From positions 1,751 to 65,750 of the forward strand of contig JABGSE010000077.1 of assembly GCA_018647945.1 (NCBI GenBank): 64,000 bases of DNA, in the 5' to 3' direction. Under the pieces are notes generated by a model. That model searched no databases. It was not told where the DNA came from and worked only from the letters and a program-made list of their open reading frames with translations. Made by a program: the position numbers and the translations under genes. Positions 50,553 to 60,386 of this stretch are shown in pieces (positions within the stretch are counted from its first letter, which is position 1; each line of letters begins with the position of its first letter). This stretch comes from Flavobacteriales bacterium. GTDB taxonomy: Bacteria > Bacteroidota > Bacteroidia > Flavobacteriales > BACL11.

Positions 50553-51056
50553 TTACCAATTTACTACCGCTTTGTTAAATATATCTTCTACCAATTCATT
50601 GCAGATTTCCTCTATTAAAGTTTCTTCAATTGAGTTGAAATTTTCATCAGATGGAAAGTCTCTATATCTAGAGAAAGTAGAAGTAAAATCATATTTTTTA
50701 TCAAATTTATTTTTGAAATTGACTTTAATTTTGATAGTCAATCTGTTTTGCCTTGCAGTTTCATTTGATTGTATTGCAATTGGTTTTATCTGATAATGTG
50801 TTATTTCTCCCGAAAAATATAAATCTCCATTAGAATCTTCTAATTCCAAATTGGTTTGAACCACAAAATAATCTTTTAATTTCTCAGTAAATAGCTGGCT
50901 AAGTGTTGGCTGAATAATATTTGCTTTGTTAGGGAAATAAAATACAGAAACAGTTTTTACTTCTGGAGTAATAGATGCTCCAGTAAATGAATAAAATCCA
51001 CAAGATGACAATACAAATATGAGAATTACTGATAATATTTTGTGTGATAATTTCAT
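50553..51056 (-). CDS. lptE: LptE-family lipoprotein
   Basis: Lipobox LSSC, YSFTGASI, NRLTI, DIFNKAVVNW. Confidence 0.8.
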   Translation of the reverse strand: MKLSHKILSVILIFVLSSCGFYSFTGASITPEVKTVSVFYFPNKANIIQPTLSQLFTEKLKDYFVVQTNLELEDSNGDLYFSGEITHYQIKPIAIQSNETARQNRLTIKIKVNFKNKFDKKYDFTSTFSRYRDFPSDENFNSIEETLIEEICNELVEDIFNKAVVNW

Positions 51057-51057
51057 T

Positions 51058-52215
51058 TTATAAATCAAATTCTTTAATTTTTCTGTAGAGTGTTCGTTCA
51101 GAAATTCCCAATTCTTCAGCAGCTAATTTTCGCTTTCCATTGTGTTTCTCTAACGATTTTATTATTAGATTTTTTTCTTGATTTGCCAGAGATAAAGTTT
51201 CTTTTATCTCAATAGAATTATCATCCTCAACAATTAAGTTGCTAGTATTTATTTCGTTAAAAACATCTTTTTGTATTTCAGTACTCCCTTCTTTATTTAT
51301 CAAATCAAAAGTAATTTTTTTCAATTCTGTTAAATCTTTTTTCATATCAAAAAGTACTTTGTAAAGTATCTCTCTTTCTGAAAGTTCAGATTTGTTTTTG
51401 TCTTCAAATAAAACAGGACTGTTGGAAACATTTGTTTGTTTTGGCAAACTATTAATAATCGTGGTAGCGGTAATATTTCTTTCTTTTTCCAGAACAGAAA
51501 TTTGAGAAACAAAGTTTTTAAGCTGACGGATATTTCCTGGCCAATTATAATTTGTAATAATTTCTGTTGCACTATCATCCAATCGAACTGAAGGAGTATT
51601 GTATTTATCGGAAAAATCGGAAGAAAATTTTCTGAAAAGTAAAGAAATATCTTCTTTTCTCTCCCTTAGTGGTGGCATAAAAATACTAATGGTATTCAAT
51701 CTGTAATATAAATCTTCTCTAAACTTTCCATTTTTTACAGCTTCTTGAACATTTACATTTGTAGCGGCTATTACTCTTACATCTGTTTTTATTGACCTTG
51801 AAGACCCTACTTTCATAAATTCTCCACTTTCTAAAACCCTTAAAAGCCTCACTTGAGTGGATTGTGGAAGTTCTGCAACTTCATCAAGGAATATTGTCCC
51901 TTCATCAGCAACTTCAAAATATCCCTTTCTGCTGTCTACCGCTCCAGTAAATGATCCTTTTTCGTGCCCAAAAAGTTCACTATCAATTGTTCCCTCTGGT
52001 ATAGCTCCGCAGTTTATTGCTACATACGAATTGTGTTTTCGGCTACTACTTTGATGAATAATTTTAGGGATATTTTCTTTTCCCGTACCACTTTCTCCAG
52101 AAATAAAAACAGAAATATCAGTTGGGGCAACTTGAAGGGCAATGTCAATTGCTCGGTCCAAAAGTGGGCTGTTCCCAATAATTCCAAATCTTTGTTTTGC
52201 TTGTTTTGCAGTCAT
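51058..52215 (-). CDS. Sigma54-dependent enhancer-binding protein without N-terminal sensor domain
   Basis: [44 protein letters not shown], Fis-type HTH ([15 protein letters not shown]). Confidence 0.95.
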   Translation of the reverse strand: MTAKQAKQRFGIIGNSPLLDRAIDIALQVAPTDISVFISGESGTGKENIPKIIHQSSSRKHNSYVAINCGAIPEGTIDSELFGHEKGSFTGAVDSRKGYFEVADEGTIFLDEVAELPQSTQVRLLRVLESGEFMKVGSSRSIKTDVRVIAATNVNVQEAVKNGKFREDLYYRLNTISIFMPPLRERKEDISLLFRKFSSDFSDKYNTPSVRLDDSATEIITNYNWPGNIRQLKNFVSQISVLEKERNITATTIINSLPKQTNVSNSPVLFEDKNKSELSEREILYKVLFDMKKDLTELKKITFDLINKEGSTEIQKDVFNEINTSNLIVEDDNSIEIKETLSLANQEKNLIIKSLEKHNGKRKLAAEELGISERTLYRKIKEFDL

Positions 52216-52216
52216 T

Positions 52217-53665
52217 TTATATCGCTTTCCCCAATAATGTTGCAGAGGTACATTCTTCAATCTCTACCATTACATAATCTCCTTTTTTGTAATTTTCCTT
52301 TGGAAATACTACCGCAGAATTATGTGTTGTTCTTCCGTACAGTTTTTCTTCTGACTTTTTAGAAGTTCCTTCTACTAAAACTTCAAATGTTTCCCCAATT
52401 TTTTCTTTCATATGTAGCAATGAATGTACTTGTTGTTTTTCAATAATTTCAGCCAATCTCCTTTGTTTTACATCATTTGGAATGTCGTCCTCAAACTTCC
52501 TTTCGGCAGTTGTGTTTGGTCTTTCAGAATATTTAAACATATAACCATATTCGTATTTTACATAATCCATTAAACTCAAAGTTTCTTGATGGTCCTGTTC
52601 TGTTTCAGAGCAGAATCCTGTAATCATATCCATAGAAATTGAACAATCAGGAATTGTATTTTTGATATTATCAATCAAAGTGATATATTTTCCCCTAGTA
52701 TAACCTCTATTCATTTTTGATAATATTCTATCACTTCCGGATTGAACAGGGAGATGAATATAATTGCAAATGTTATTGTATTTTTTCATTACCTGAATTA
52801 CATCTAAAGTCATATCTTGTGGGTTAGAAGTGGAAAATCTAATTCTTAATTTTGATCCAACTTCTGCAACCATTTCAAGTAAATTTGCAAAACTGACGCT
52901 ATTTTCTTGTGCATCTTTTGTTGCTTTTTTGAAATCTTTTTTTGCTCCTCCTCCATACCATAAATAGGAATCTACATTTTGTCCCAAAAGAGTTACTTCT
53001 TTGTATCCATCTTTAATTAATTGTTTACATTCATTTACAATGCTTTCAGGATTTCGACTTCTTTCCCTACCTCTAGTAAAGGGAACTACACAAAAAGTAC
53101 ACATATTGTCGCATCCCCTTGTGATAGATACAAATGCTGTTACACCATTTCCTCCTAGTCGGACAGGACTGATATCCGCATAAGTTTCTTCCTTTGAAAG
53201 GAAAACATTTACCGCTTTTCTTCCGTCATCAACTTGTTTAAGTAAATTTGGTAAATCCCTGTAAGCATCTGGTCCAATTACTAGGTCAACTAATTTTTCT
53301 TCTTCCAAAAATTTTTCTTTTAATCTTTCTGCCATACATCCTAAAACTCCAACTATCATTCCTGGATTTTTATCTTTTTTTATAGAGTTATAAAATTCCA
53401 ATCTTTTCCGAACGGTTAGTTCTGCTTTCTCACGAATTGAACATGTGTTTACAAAAACTAAATCGGCTTCATTTATATCTTGAGTAGTAGAAAATCCTTC
53501 CTTTGTAAGGATGGAAGCGACAATTTCAGAATCGGAAAAATTCATTTGACATCCATAACTTTCTATATACATCTTTTTACTTCCTTTTGGATTGTCAACT
53601 ATTGATAATCTTTCTCCTTGTTTACTTTCGTCTATTTTTTTCTCTAAAACCTGTGTAATATTCAT
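52217..53665 (-). CDS. miaB: tRNA ms2i6A37 methylthiotransferase
   Basis: [33 protein letters not shown] domain. Confidence 0.98.
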   Translation of the reverse strand: MNITQVLEKKIDESKQGERLSIVDNPKGSKKMYIESYGCQMNFSDSEIVASILTKEGFSTTQDINEADLVFVNTCSIREKAELTVRKRLEFYNSIKKDKNPGMIVGVLGCMAERLKEKFLEEEKLVDLVIGPDAYRDLPNLLKQVDDGRKAVNVFLSKEETYADISPVRLGGNGVTAFVSITRGCDNMCTFCVVPFTRGRERSRNPESIVNECKQLIKDGYKEVTLLGQNVDSYLWYGGGAKKDFKKATKDAQENSVSFANLLEMVAEVGSKLRIRFSTSNPQDMTLDVIQVMKKYNNICNYIHLPVQSGSDRILSKMNRGYTRGKYITLIDNIKNTIPDCSISMDMITGFCSETEQDHQETLSLMDYVKYEYGYMFKYSERPNTTAERKFEDDIPNDVKQRRLAEIIEKQQVHSLLHMKEKIGETFEVLVEGTSKKSEEKLYGRTTHNSAVVFPKENYKKGDYVMVEIEECTSATLLGKAI

Positions 53666-53687
53666 TGTTGATGTAAAATTTATTTTG

Positions 53688-53771
53688 CAAATTTACAAAT
53701 TCCTGACAAATTATGACAATATGACACTTGTTTATTTGCTTATATTATTATATAATATAGTAAAACTGACA
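53688..53771. promoter_or_regulatory. miaB -7 element (TAAATTTG, - strand 53688-53695) with four TGACA boxes
   Basis: TGACA at 53704, 53714, 53722 and 53767. Confidence 0.6.
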
Positions 53772-53848
53772 CAAAAAAATGATTTGGCAGATTCAAAAAT
53801 TCTTCTTTTTCTTTGCAAAACAATTTAACAACAAACACAAAAATAATT

Positions 53849-56185
53849 ATGGCAAAGAATTTAGTAATTGTAGAGTCTCCAGCAAAAGCGAAAACTATTG
53901 AAGGATATTTAGGAAAGGACTTTTTGGTGAAATCCAGTATTGGTCACATTAGAGATTTACCTAAGAAAGGTGGAATGGGAATTGATATTGAAAACGGATT
54001 TGCTCCTAATTATGAGGTTTCTGAAGATAAAAAACATGTTGTAGTAGATCTTAAAAAGCATGTAAAAGTAGCTGATACGGTATGGATTGCAACGGATGAG
54101 GACCGAGAGGGAGAGGCAATTGCTTGGCATTTACAAGAGGTTTTAAACTTAGAAAAAAAAGATACCAAACGAATTGTTTTTCATGAAATTACGAAAAAAG
54201 CAATTACCAATGCAGTGAAAAATCCAAGAGAGATCGACATGCATTTAGTGGACGCTCAACAAGCAAGAAGGGTTTTAGATAGATTAGTAGGTTTCGAACT
54301 TTCCCCTGTACTTTGGAGAAAAGTAAAACAAGGACTTTCTGCAGGTAGGGTTCAGTCAGTTGCCGTTAGGTTAATTGTAGAAAGAGAAAAAGAAATTGAA
54401 AACTTTAAATCGGTATCTTCTTACAGGGTATCGGCAATATTTACAACTCCTGAAGGAAAAACATTTAAGTCAGAAATATCTAGAAGGTTTCAAACTTTAG
54501 ATGGGTCGGAAGTATTTTTAAAACAATGTGTTACCGCTTCTTATAAAATTTCTGATTTAGAAACTAAACCAGCTAAAAAATCTCCTTCTGCACCATTTAC
54601 TACTTCTACTTTGCAGCAGGAAGCATCTAGAAAACTAGGTTATTCAGTTGCTCAAACTATGAATGTGGCTCAACGATTATACGAATCGGGTAAAATTACT
54701 TATATGAGAACTGATAGTGTAAATCTATCGAATGACGCAAGGGAAGCCTGTATAAATGAAATTACTTCTTCTTATGGTTCTGAATATTCTAAAACAAGAA
54801 CATTTGCAACAAAATCGAAAGGAGCTCAGGAAGCTCATGAGGCGATTAGACCGACAGATATGAGTAAACACACAGTAGATGGAGAGAGTTCTCACCAGAA
54901 ATTATATGATTTAATTTGGAAAAGAACTATTGCTTCTCAAATGTCGGAAGCTCAATTAGAAAGAACTATTGCTAAAATTGATATTTCTACTTCTGACGAG
55001 CAGTTTACTGCAAAAGGAGAGATGATTAAGTTTGATGGATTTATGAAGGTTTACATGGAAGGAAAGGATGATAATTCTGAAGAACAAGACGGGATGCTTC
55101 CAAAATTAAATGTAAATGATGATTTGGAAATGAATGAAATAACTGCTATCGAAAGATTCTCGAGACATCCTGCCAGATATGCAGAAGCTAGTTTGGTGAA
55201 AAAATTAGAGGATTTAGGTATTGGAAGACCTTCCACTTATGCTTCAATTATTACCACTATTCAGAAAAGAGGATATGTTGTAAAAGAAGGTAGAGAGGGA
55301 GTAAAAAGAGAATATCAGTATCTTATTTTAAAAGATAATTCCATCACTAAAGAAGTGAAAACAGAAAATACAGGTGCGGAGAAAAATAAAATGTTTCCAA
55401 CAGATATTGGTGTTGTGGTAAATGATTTTTTAGTTACACATTTTGATCATGTGTTAGATTATGGATTTACAGCAGGTGTAGAAGATGAATTTGATGAGGT
55501 TGCAGCTGGAAAGAAAAAATGGAATGATATGTTGCAAGATTTTTATGCTCCTTTCCATGAAAAAGTAGAAAATGTAATTGGTACTGCAGAAAAAGCCTTA
55601 GGAGAGCGTAATTTAGGAAAAGACCCTGCCTCTGGAAATACTGTTTATGTTCGTATTGGTCCTTTTGGGCCTATGGTTCAATTGGGAGAAAAACAGGAAG
55701 ATGAAGATGCTCCAAAACCAAAATTTGCATCTTTAATGAAAGATCAGTCTATACAAACCATTACAATGGATGAGGCTTTAGAATTGTTTAAATTACCAAG
55801 AACTGTTGGTGAGTTTGAAGGGGAAGAGATAGTTGCTTCAGTTGGTAGATTTGGTCCGTATTTAAGATATCAAGGTAAATTTACTTCTATCAAAAAAAAT
55901 GATGGAGACGATCCTTTAACTATTGAAATTGACAGAGCGATTGAGTTGATAAAAATTAAAATTCAATCAGATAAAGATAGATTAATTTTAAACTTTGATG
56001 GAGATCCTTTAGTTCAGGTTTTAAATGGTAGATATGGAGCTTTTATTCAGGTTTCTCCTCCGAAAGGGAAAAAGATAAATGTAAAAATTCCAAAGGATTT
56101 AGAACCAAAAGAACTTACAAGAGAAAAATGTTTAGAGTTAATGGAGAATCAACCAAAATCAAAGTTTAAGAGAAATAAAAAATAA
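53849..56185 (+). CDS. topA: DNA topoisomerase I
   Basis: VIVESPAKAKTI, ATDEDREGE, SAGRVQS, ITYMRTDS, Topo_C repeats (GPFGP/GRFGP). Confidence 0.99.
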   Translation: MAKNLVIVESPAKAKTIEGYLGKDFLVKSSIGHIRDLPKKGGMGIDIENGFAPNYEVSEDKKHVVVDLKKHVKVADTVWIATDEDREGEAIAWHLQEVLNLEKKDTKRIVFHEITKKAITNAVKNPREIDMHLVDAQQARRVLDRLVGFELSPVLWRKVKQGLSAGRVQSVAVRLIVEREKEIENFKSVSSYRVSAIFTTPEGKTFKSEISRRFQTLDGSEVFLKQCVTASYKISDLETKPAKKSPSAPFTTSTLQQEASRKLGYSVAQTMNVAQRLYESGKITYMRTDSVNLSNDAREACINEITSSYGSEYSKTRTFATKSKGAQEAHEAIRPTDMSKHTVDGESSHQKLYDLIWKRTIASQMSEAQLERTIAKIDISTSDEQFTAKGEMIKFDGFMKVYMEGKDDNSEEQDGMLPKLNVNDDLEMNEITAIERFSRHPARYAEASLVKKLEDLGIGRPSTYASIITTIQKRGYVVKEGREGVKREYQYLILKDNSITKEVKTENTGAEKNKMFPTDIGVVVNDFLVTHFDHVLDYGFTAGVEDEFDEVAAGKKKWNDMLQDFYAPFHEKVENVIGTAEKALGERNLGKDPASGNTVYVRIGPFGPMVQLGEKQEDEDAPKPKFASLMKDQSIQTITMDEALELFKLPRTVGEFEGEEIVASVGRFGPYLRYQGKFTSIKKNDGDDPLTIEIDRAIELIKIKIQSDKDRLILNFDGDPLVQVLNGRYGAFIQVSPPKGKKINVKIPKDLEPKELTREKCLELMENQPKSKFKRNKK

Positions 56186-57343
56186 ATGGAAATAGCGTCT
56201 AATTTTATTCCCTTAAATCCGGGATTGTATTCTGTAAAAGAAAGATGGAATCCTTCTCAGATTGGATTTCAGATTGATCCTCATACTCAAGAATCTTTTC
56301 CGAATGTGGATTATGCCGAAATAGCAATTTTTAATGTTCCGGAATATGATGGGACAGATAATGTTGCAACAACTGCTGATTGTAAAATTAGAGATGCTTT
56401 TTACCGCTTGTACTTTGATGATTTGCCAAAAGTTGCCGATTTGGGAACTTTAAGTATGATGCCGACACGAAAAGAGTCTTTTGAGTTGATTACAGAGGTT
56501 TGTACAGACTTAATTGATAAAGGGATTATCCCAGTAATTATTGGTGGTGGACAGGATATTTCCTATGCAATCTATAAATCTTATGCGAATTTACAAAAGG
56601 GAATAACTTTTTGTTCCGTTGATTCAACTTTTGATATTGGAAAACAAGAAGATAAGTTAAATGCTAAATCTTTTCTGAGTAAAATTATATCGTACAAACC
56701 CAATTATTTATTCAATTATATCAATTTAGGTTACCAAACTTATTTTGTGAAACCAGAAGAAATTTCATTATTGGAAGGTTTAAATTTTGAAGTTAACAGA
56801 TTGGGGGAAGTTAAAAATAATATGTACGAAATTGAACCGCTTCTTAGAAACGCTGATTTTTTAAGTTTTGATTTGTCTTGTGTAAAAAGCTCTTTTGTGA
56901 TGTCAAATGTTTATTCTACTCCTAATGGATTTGATGGGGAAGAAGCTTGTAGAATATCAAGATATGCAGGTATTAGCGACAAAATCAGTTGTTTTGGTAT
57001 TTTTGAATACAATCAGGATTTGGATGAAAATAACCAAGGTTCTCAATTGATATCTCAAATGATGTGGTATTTCCTGGAAGGAGTTAGAAGTAGAAAGCAC
57101 GAATTAAACCCTAATGTTAATAACTGTGTTAAATACACGGTAGCATTTGAGGACGAACAAACACAAATAGTATTTTACAAGAGTAAAACTAGTGGTAGAT
57201 GGTGGATGGGAGTACCGTTTAAATCTTCCAAAACAGATGAAATGGACAATTATTTTGTAGCCTGCTCTTACCATGATTACGAGAAGGCAAATAAGGGGGA
57301 AATACCCCAAAGATGGATAAAAACATACAACCGCTTTTTATAA
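56186..57343 (+). CDS. Arginase/formimidoylglutamase-fold protein with degenerate metal site
   Basis: IADLG-like VADLG, IIGGGQD, NLGYQTY, PNGFDGEEAC, FYKSKTSGRWW. Confidence 0.8.
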   Translation: MEIASNFIPLNPGLYSVKERWNPSQIGFQIDPHTQESFPNVDYAEIAIFNVPEYDGTDNVATTADCKIRDAFYRLYFDDLPKVADLGTLSMMPTRKESFELITEVCTDLIDKGIIPVIIGGGQDISYAIYKSYANLQKGITFCSVDSTFDIGKQEDKLNAKSFLSKIISYKPNYLFNYINLGYQTYFVKPEEISLLEGLNFEVNRLGEVKNNMYEIEPLLRNADFLSFDLSCVKSSFVMSNVYSTPNGFDGEEACRISRYAGISDKISCFGIFEYNQDLDENNQGSQLISQMMWYFLEGVRSRKHELNPNVNNCVKYTVAFEDEQTQIVFYKSKTSGRWWMGVPFKSSKTDEMDNYFVACSYHDYEKANKGEIPQRWIKTYNRFL

Positions 57344-57435
57344 TATCTGATTGATTTCCTTTAAAAATTTCTTAAAATTAAAAAAATAGTTATATTAGCA
57401 ATCGAAAAAAAGGATAGAATTATCAATTTTATAAT

Positions 57436-58347
57436 ATGAAAAGAACGATACTAATTATTACATTAATTGCCCTGACATTTGGGATTTCGTCAGCTCAGCA
57501 AGTACCTCAATTTAGCCAGAATATGTTTAATAAACTTGCCAATAACCCTGGTTCTGCAGGGAGTGGACAGGCAATTTGTGCAACTGTACTTCACCGATCT
57601 CAATGGATGGGTTTTGACGGAGCTCCGACAACTTTAAATTTAAGTGTTGATGCTCCAATACCATCAATGCATGGAGGTATAGGAATTAACATAATGTCAG
57701 ACGCAATTGGAGAATATAACAACTTAGGACTTCAACTTTCTTATGCTTACAGAACAGATTTAGGAGATGGTCAGTTAGGAATAGGAGCTTCTGCAGGTAT
57801 GTTTCAGAGTGGTTTGAATGGTACTCTTTTAAATCCTGCGGATGGTGGTGATGGTTCAATTCCTACTTCTGAAGTGAGTGGTTCTGCTATGGATTTTGGT
57901 GGAGGTATTTATTACAACACTCAGGATGTGTATTTAGGACTTTCTACTTTACACATAACTGAACCTTCTATCGAAAAGAGTGATGGTGATGTAATTAACC
58001 TTTCTCGTCATTATTTTTTACTTGCTGGTTTCTACCATGAATTGAATCCTACTTTGTCGTTAAACCCGTCTATTTACCTTAAATCTGACGGTTCTACATC
58101 ACAATTGGATATAAATACAAATATTTTATACAATAATAGGATATGGGGAGGCGTTAGTTACAGATTAGATGAAGGTATTGTATTGTTAACAGGAATGAAT
58201 ATAAATGAAGATCTAAAATTCGGATTGGCCTATGATGTCGTTCTGAATAAAATAAAAAATAACAGTATTGAGTTTATGTTGGGCTATTGCTTTAAAGTGG
58301 ATTACGATAAACCAGTAAAAAGTTATAAAAACCCAAGATACTTATAG
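57436..58347 (+). CDS. porP: T9SS PorP/SprF family beta-barrel
   Basis: QQVPQFSQNMFN..NPGSAG, RSQWMGFDGAPTT, GGVSYR, AYD, EFMLGY; upstream of gldK. Confidence 0.9.
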   Translation: MKRTILIITLIALTFGISSAQQVPQFSQNMFNKLANNPGSAGSGQAICATVLHRSQWMGFDGAPTTLNLSVDAPIPSMHGGIGINIMSDAIGEYNNLGLQLSYAYRTDLGDGQLGIGASAGMFQSGLNGTLLNPADGGDGSIPTSEVSGSAMDFGGGIYYNTQDVYLGLSTLHITEPSIEKSDGDVINLSRHYFLLAGFYHELNPTLSLNPSIYLKSDGSTSQLDINTNILYNNRIWGGVSYRLDEGIVLLTGMNINEDLKFGLAYDVVLNKIKNNSIEFMLGYCFKVDYDKPVKSYKNPRYL

Positions 58348-58385
58348 AAGTTAAACCATTTCACTTTGGTGAAATAAAAATTAAA

Positions 58386-59669
58386 ATGAATATGAAAAAA
58401 ATATTATTTTTAGGAACAATTGTAGCTCTTTTAAGTAGTTGCGGTGGCTCAGGTAATGGAGAATTAATTGGTTCTCAAGACAGACAAATTTGGAATCCGA
58501 CTGACCCTTACGGGATGGTATTTGTTCCTCAAGGAAGTTTTGTAATGGGACCATCTGACCAAGATGTTCCTTTTGCAAATGTTACAACAAACAAAAGAGT
58601 TTCTATTGGAGCATTTTACATGGATGAAACTGAAATTACAAATAACGAATATCGTCAGTTTGTAAATTGGGTAAGAGATTCAATAATCAGAACTGCTTTG
58701 ATTGAAAATGCTGATCCAGATGTTTATGGAGTTATTAATGAAGAAACAGGAGAGTATAAAATTAATTGGAATGTAAGAGTAAGACATGATGATGATGATG
58801 TTCGTTTTGCTTTAGAGTCTGCAGAATTGTATTATACAGATTACAATACTGGAAGAAATAAATTAGATACTAGAAAACTAATTTATTCTTACAAAACCCT
58901 TGACTTATCTAAAGCAGCTAAAAAATCTAGTAGAGATGACGATAGTCCGGAAAGTTATATCACAGAAAATGAGATTAATATTTTTCCAGATACTTTAACT
59001 TGGATGCATGATTATGCATATTCTTTTAATAAACCTTATTCCGAAAATTATTTCTGGCATGTTGCTTATGATGATTATCCAGTTGTAGGTGTAAATTGGC
59101 ATCAAGCTGTTGCATTTACAAAATGGAGAACTAAAATGATGAATGAGTTTTTAAGATCTCATAATGAACCTACTTTACCAGAGTTTAGACTTCCTACGGA
59201 ATCAGAATGGGAATATGCTTCTAGAGGTGGTTTAGATGAATCTCCATATCCATGGGGAGGACCTTATACAAGAAACTTAAAGGGATGTTTCCTTGCAAAC
59301 TTTAAGCCTTTGAGAGGGAATTATACTGCTGATGGTGGAATTAAAGCAATTAAAGTAATGAGTTATAATCCGAATGGTTTTGGACTTTACGATATGGCGG
59401 GAAATGTTGCAGAGTGGACTTCAAATATTTATGATGAGTCTTCAGCTTCTTATTCTCATGATATGAATGGAGATTATGTTCATACTGCTGATGAAGGAGA
59501 GGAAGATGTAATGATGAGAAAAGTAATTAGAGGAGGTTCTTGGAAAGATATTTCTTATTTTATACAAAACTCTACAAGATCATATGAATATCAAGATACA
59601 TCAAAATGTTATGTTGGCTTCAGATGTGCAGTTGATTTCTTAGGTAGAGATAAACAAGATTTTCAGTAA
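58386..59669 (+). CDS. gldK: T9SS/gliding lipoprotein GldK
   Basis: LSSC, GELIG, FYMDETEITNNEYRQFV.WVRDS, RLPTESEWEYASRGG, GFRC. Confidence 0.95.
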   Translation: MNMKKILFLGTIVALLSSCGGSGNGELIGSQDRQIWNPTDPYGMVFVPQGSFVMGPSDQDVPFANVTTNKRVSIGAFYMDETEITNNEYRQFVNWVRDSIIRTALIENADPDVYGVINEETGEYKINWNVRVRHDDDDVRFALESAELYYTDYNTGRNKLDTRKLIYSYKTLDLSKAAKKSSRDDDSPESYITENEINIFPDTLTWMHDYAYSFNKPYSENYFWHVAYDDYPVVGVNWHQAVAFTKWRTKMMNEFLRSHNEPTLPEFRLPTESEWEYASRGGLDESPYPWGGPYTRNLKGCFLANFKPLRGNYTADGGIKAIKVMSYNPNGFGLYDMAGNVAEWTSNIYDESSASYSHDMNGDYVHTADEGEEDVMMRKVIRGGSWKDISYFIQNSTRSYEYQDTSKCYVGFRCAVDFLGRDKQDFQ

Positions 59670-59701
59670 AATTTATTAATAAACAATAACAAATAAAACA
59701 A

Positions 59702-60355
59702 ATGGGATTAGGAAATATAACAGAACAAAAGTGGTACAAAGTAATGATGCCAAAACTTTATGGTTGGGGTGCATCTTTGGTAATTATTGGAGCTCTTTTC
59801 AAAATTGAGCATTGGCAATTTGCAAGTACATTCTTAATTATTGGATTAGGTACTGAAGCAATTATTTTCTTTTTCTCTGCATTTGAGAAACCACATGAAG
59901 ATCCTGATTGGTCATTGGTTTATCCTGAATTAAATTACATGAATGATCCTGATGGAACTAAACCTTTGTCTCCATCTCAAGAACTAGATGCCGCACTTGA
60001 AAAAGCTAAGATTGATAATGAGCTGATTGAAAGCTTAAATGAAGGATTAAGATCATTTGGTGAAGCTTCCACAAAATTAAATGAAACAATAAGTGCCGCT
60101 TCTGGTATCTCAGAGTATAATAGCCAAATTCAGGAAGGTGTTAAAAATATGAATGCATTAAATTCTTTATATGAATTACAGTTACAAGCATCTAATCAGC
60201 AAATGGAAGCTACTACTATGTTCCTTCAAAATTTACAGGCTTCAGTGGATGATTCTAGAAAGTTCCAAGAACAAGTTTCTCAATTAGCTGTTAATTTGGA
60301 ACAAATGAATAAAGTATATAGCAATATGCTTACTGCAATGAATCCGAACAAATAA
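59702..60355 (+). CDS. gldL: T9SS/gliding motor subunit GldL
   Basis: LYGWGAS.VIIGALFKI.H, TEA.IFF.SAFE, WSLVYPEL, LEQMNKVY.NML.AM. Confidence 0.96.
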   Translation: MGLGNITEQKWYKVMMPKLYGWGASLVIIGALFKIEHWQFASTFLIIGLGTEAIIFFFSAFEKPHEDPDWSLVYPELNYMNDPDGTKPLSPSQELDAALEKAKIDNELIESLNEGLRSFGEASTKLNETISAASGISEYNSQIQEGVKNMNALNSLYELQLQASNQQMEATTMFLQNLQASVDDSRKFQEQVSQLAVNLEQMNKVYSNMLTAMNPNK

Positions 60356-60386
60356 TTTTATACTAAATAATTTAAAAATATTTTAA

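Noticed and set aside
53783-53800. TTTGGCAG upstream of topA as a sigma54 -24 box
   Set aside because: GG-N10 is followed by AA; more likely a -33 TTTG or a TGACA variant
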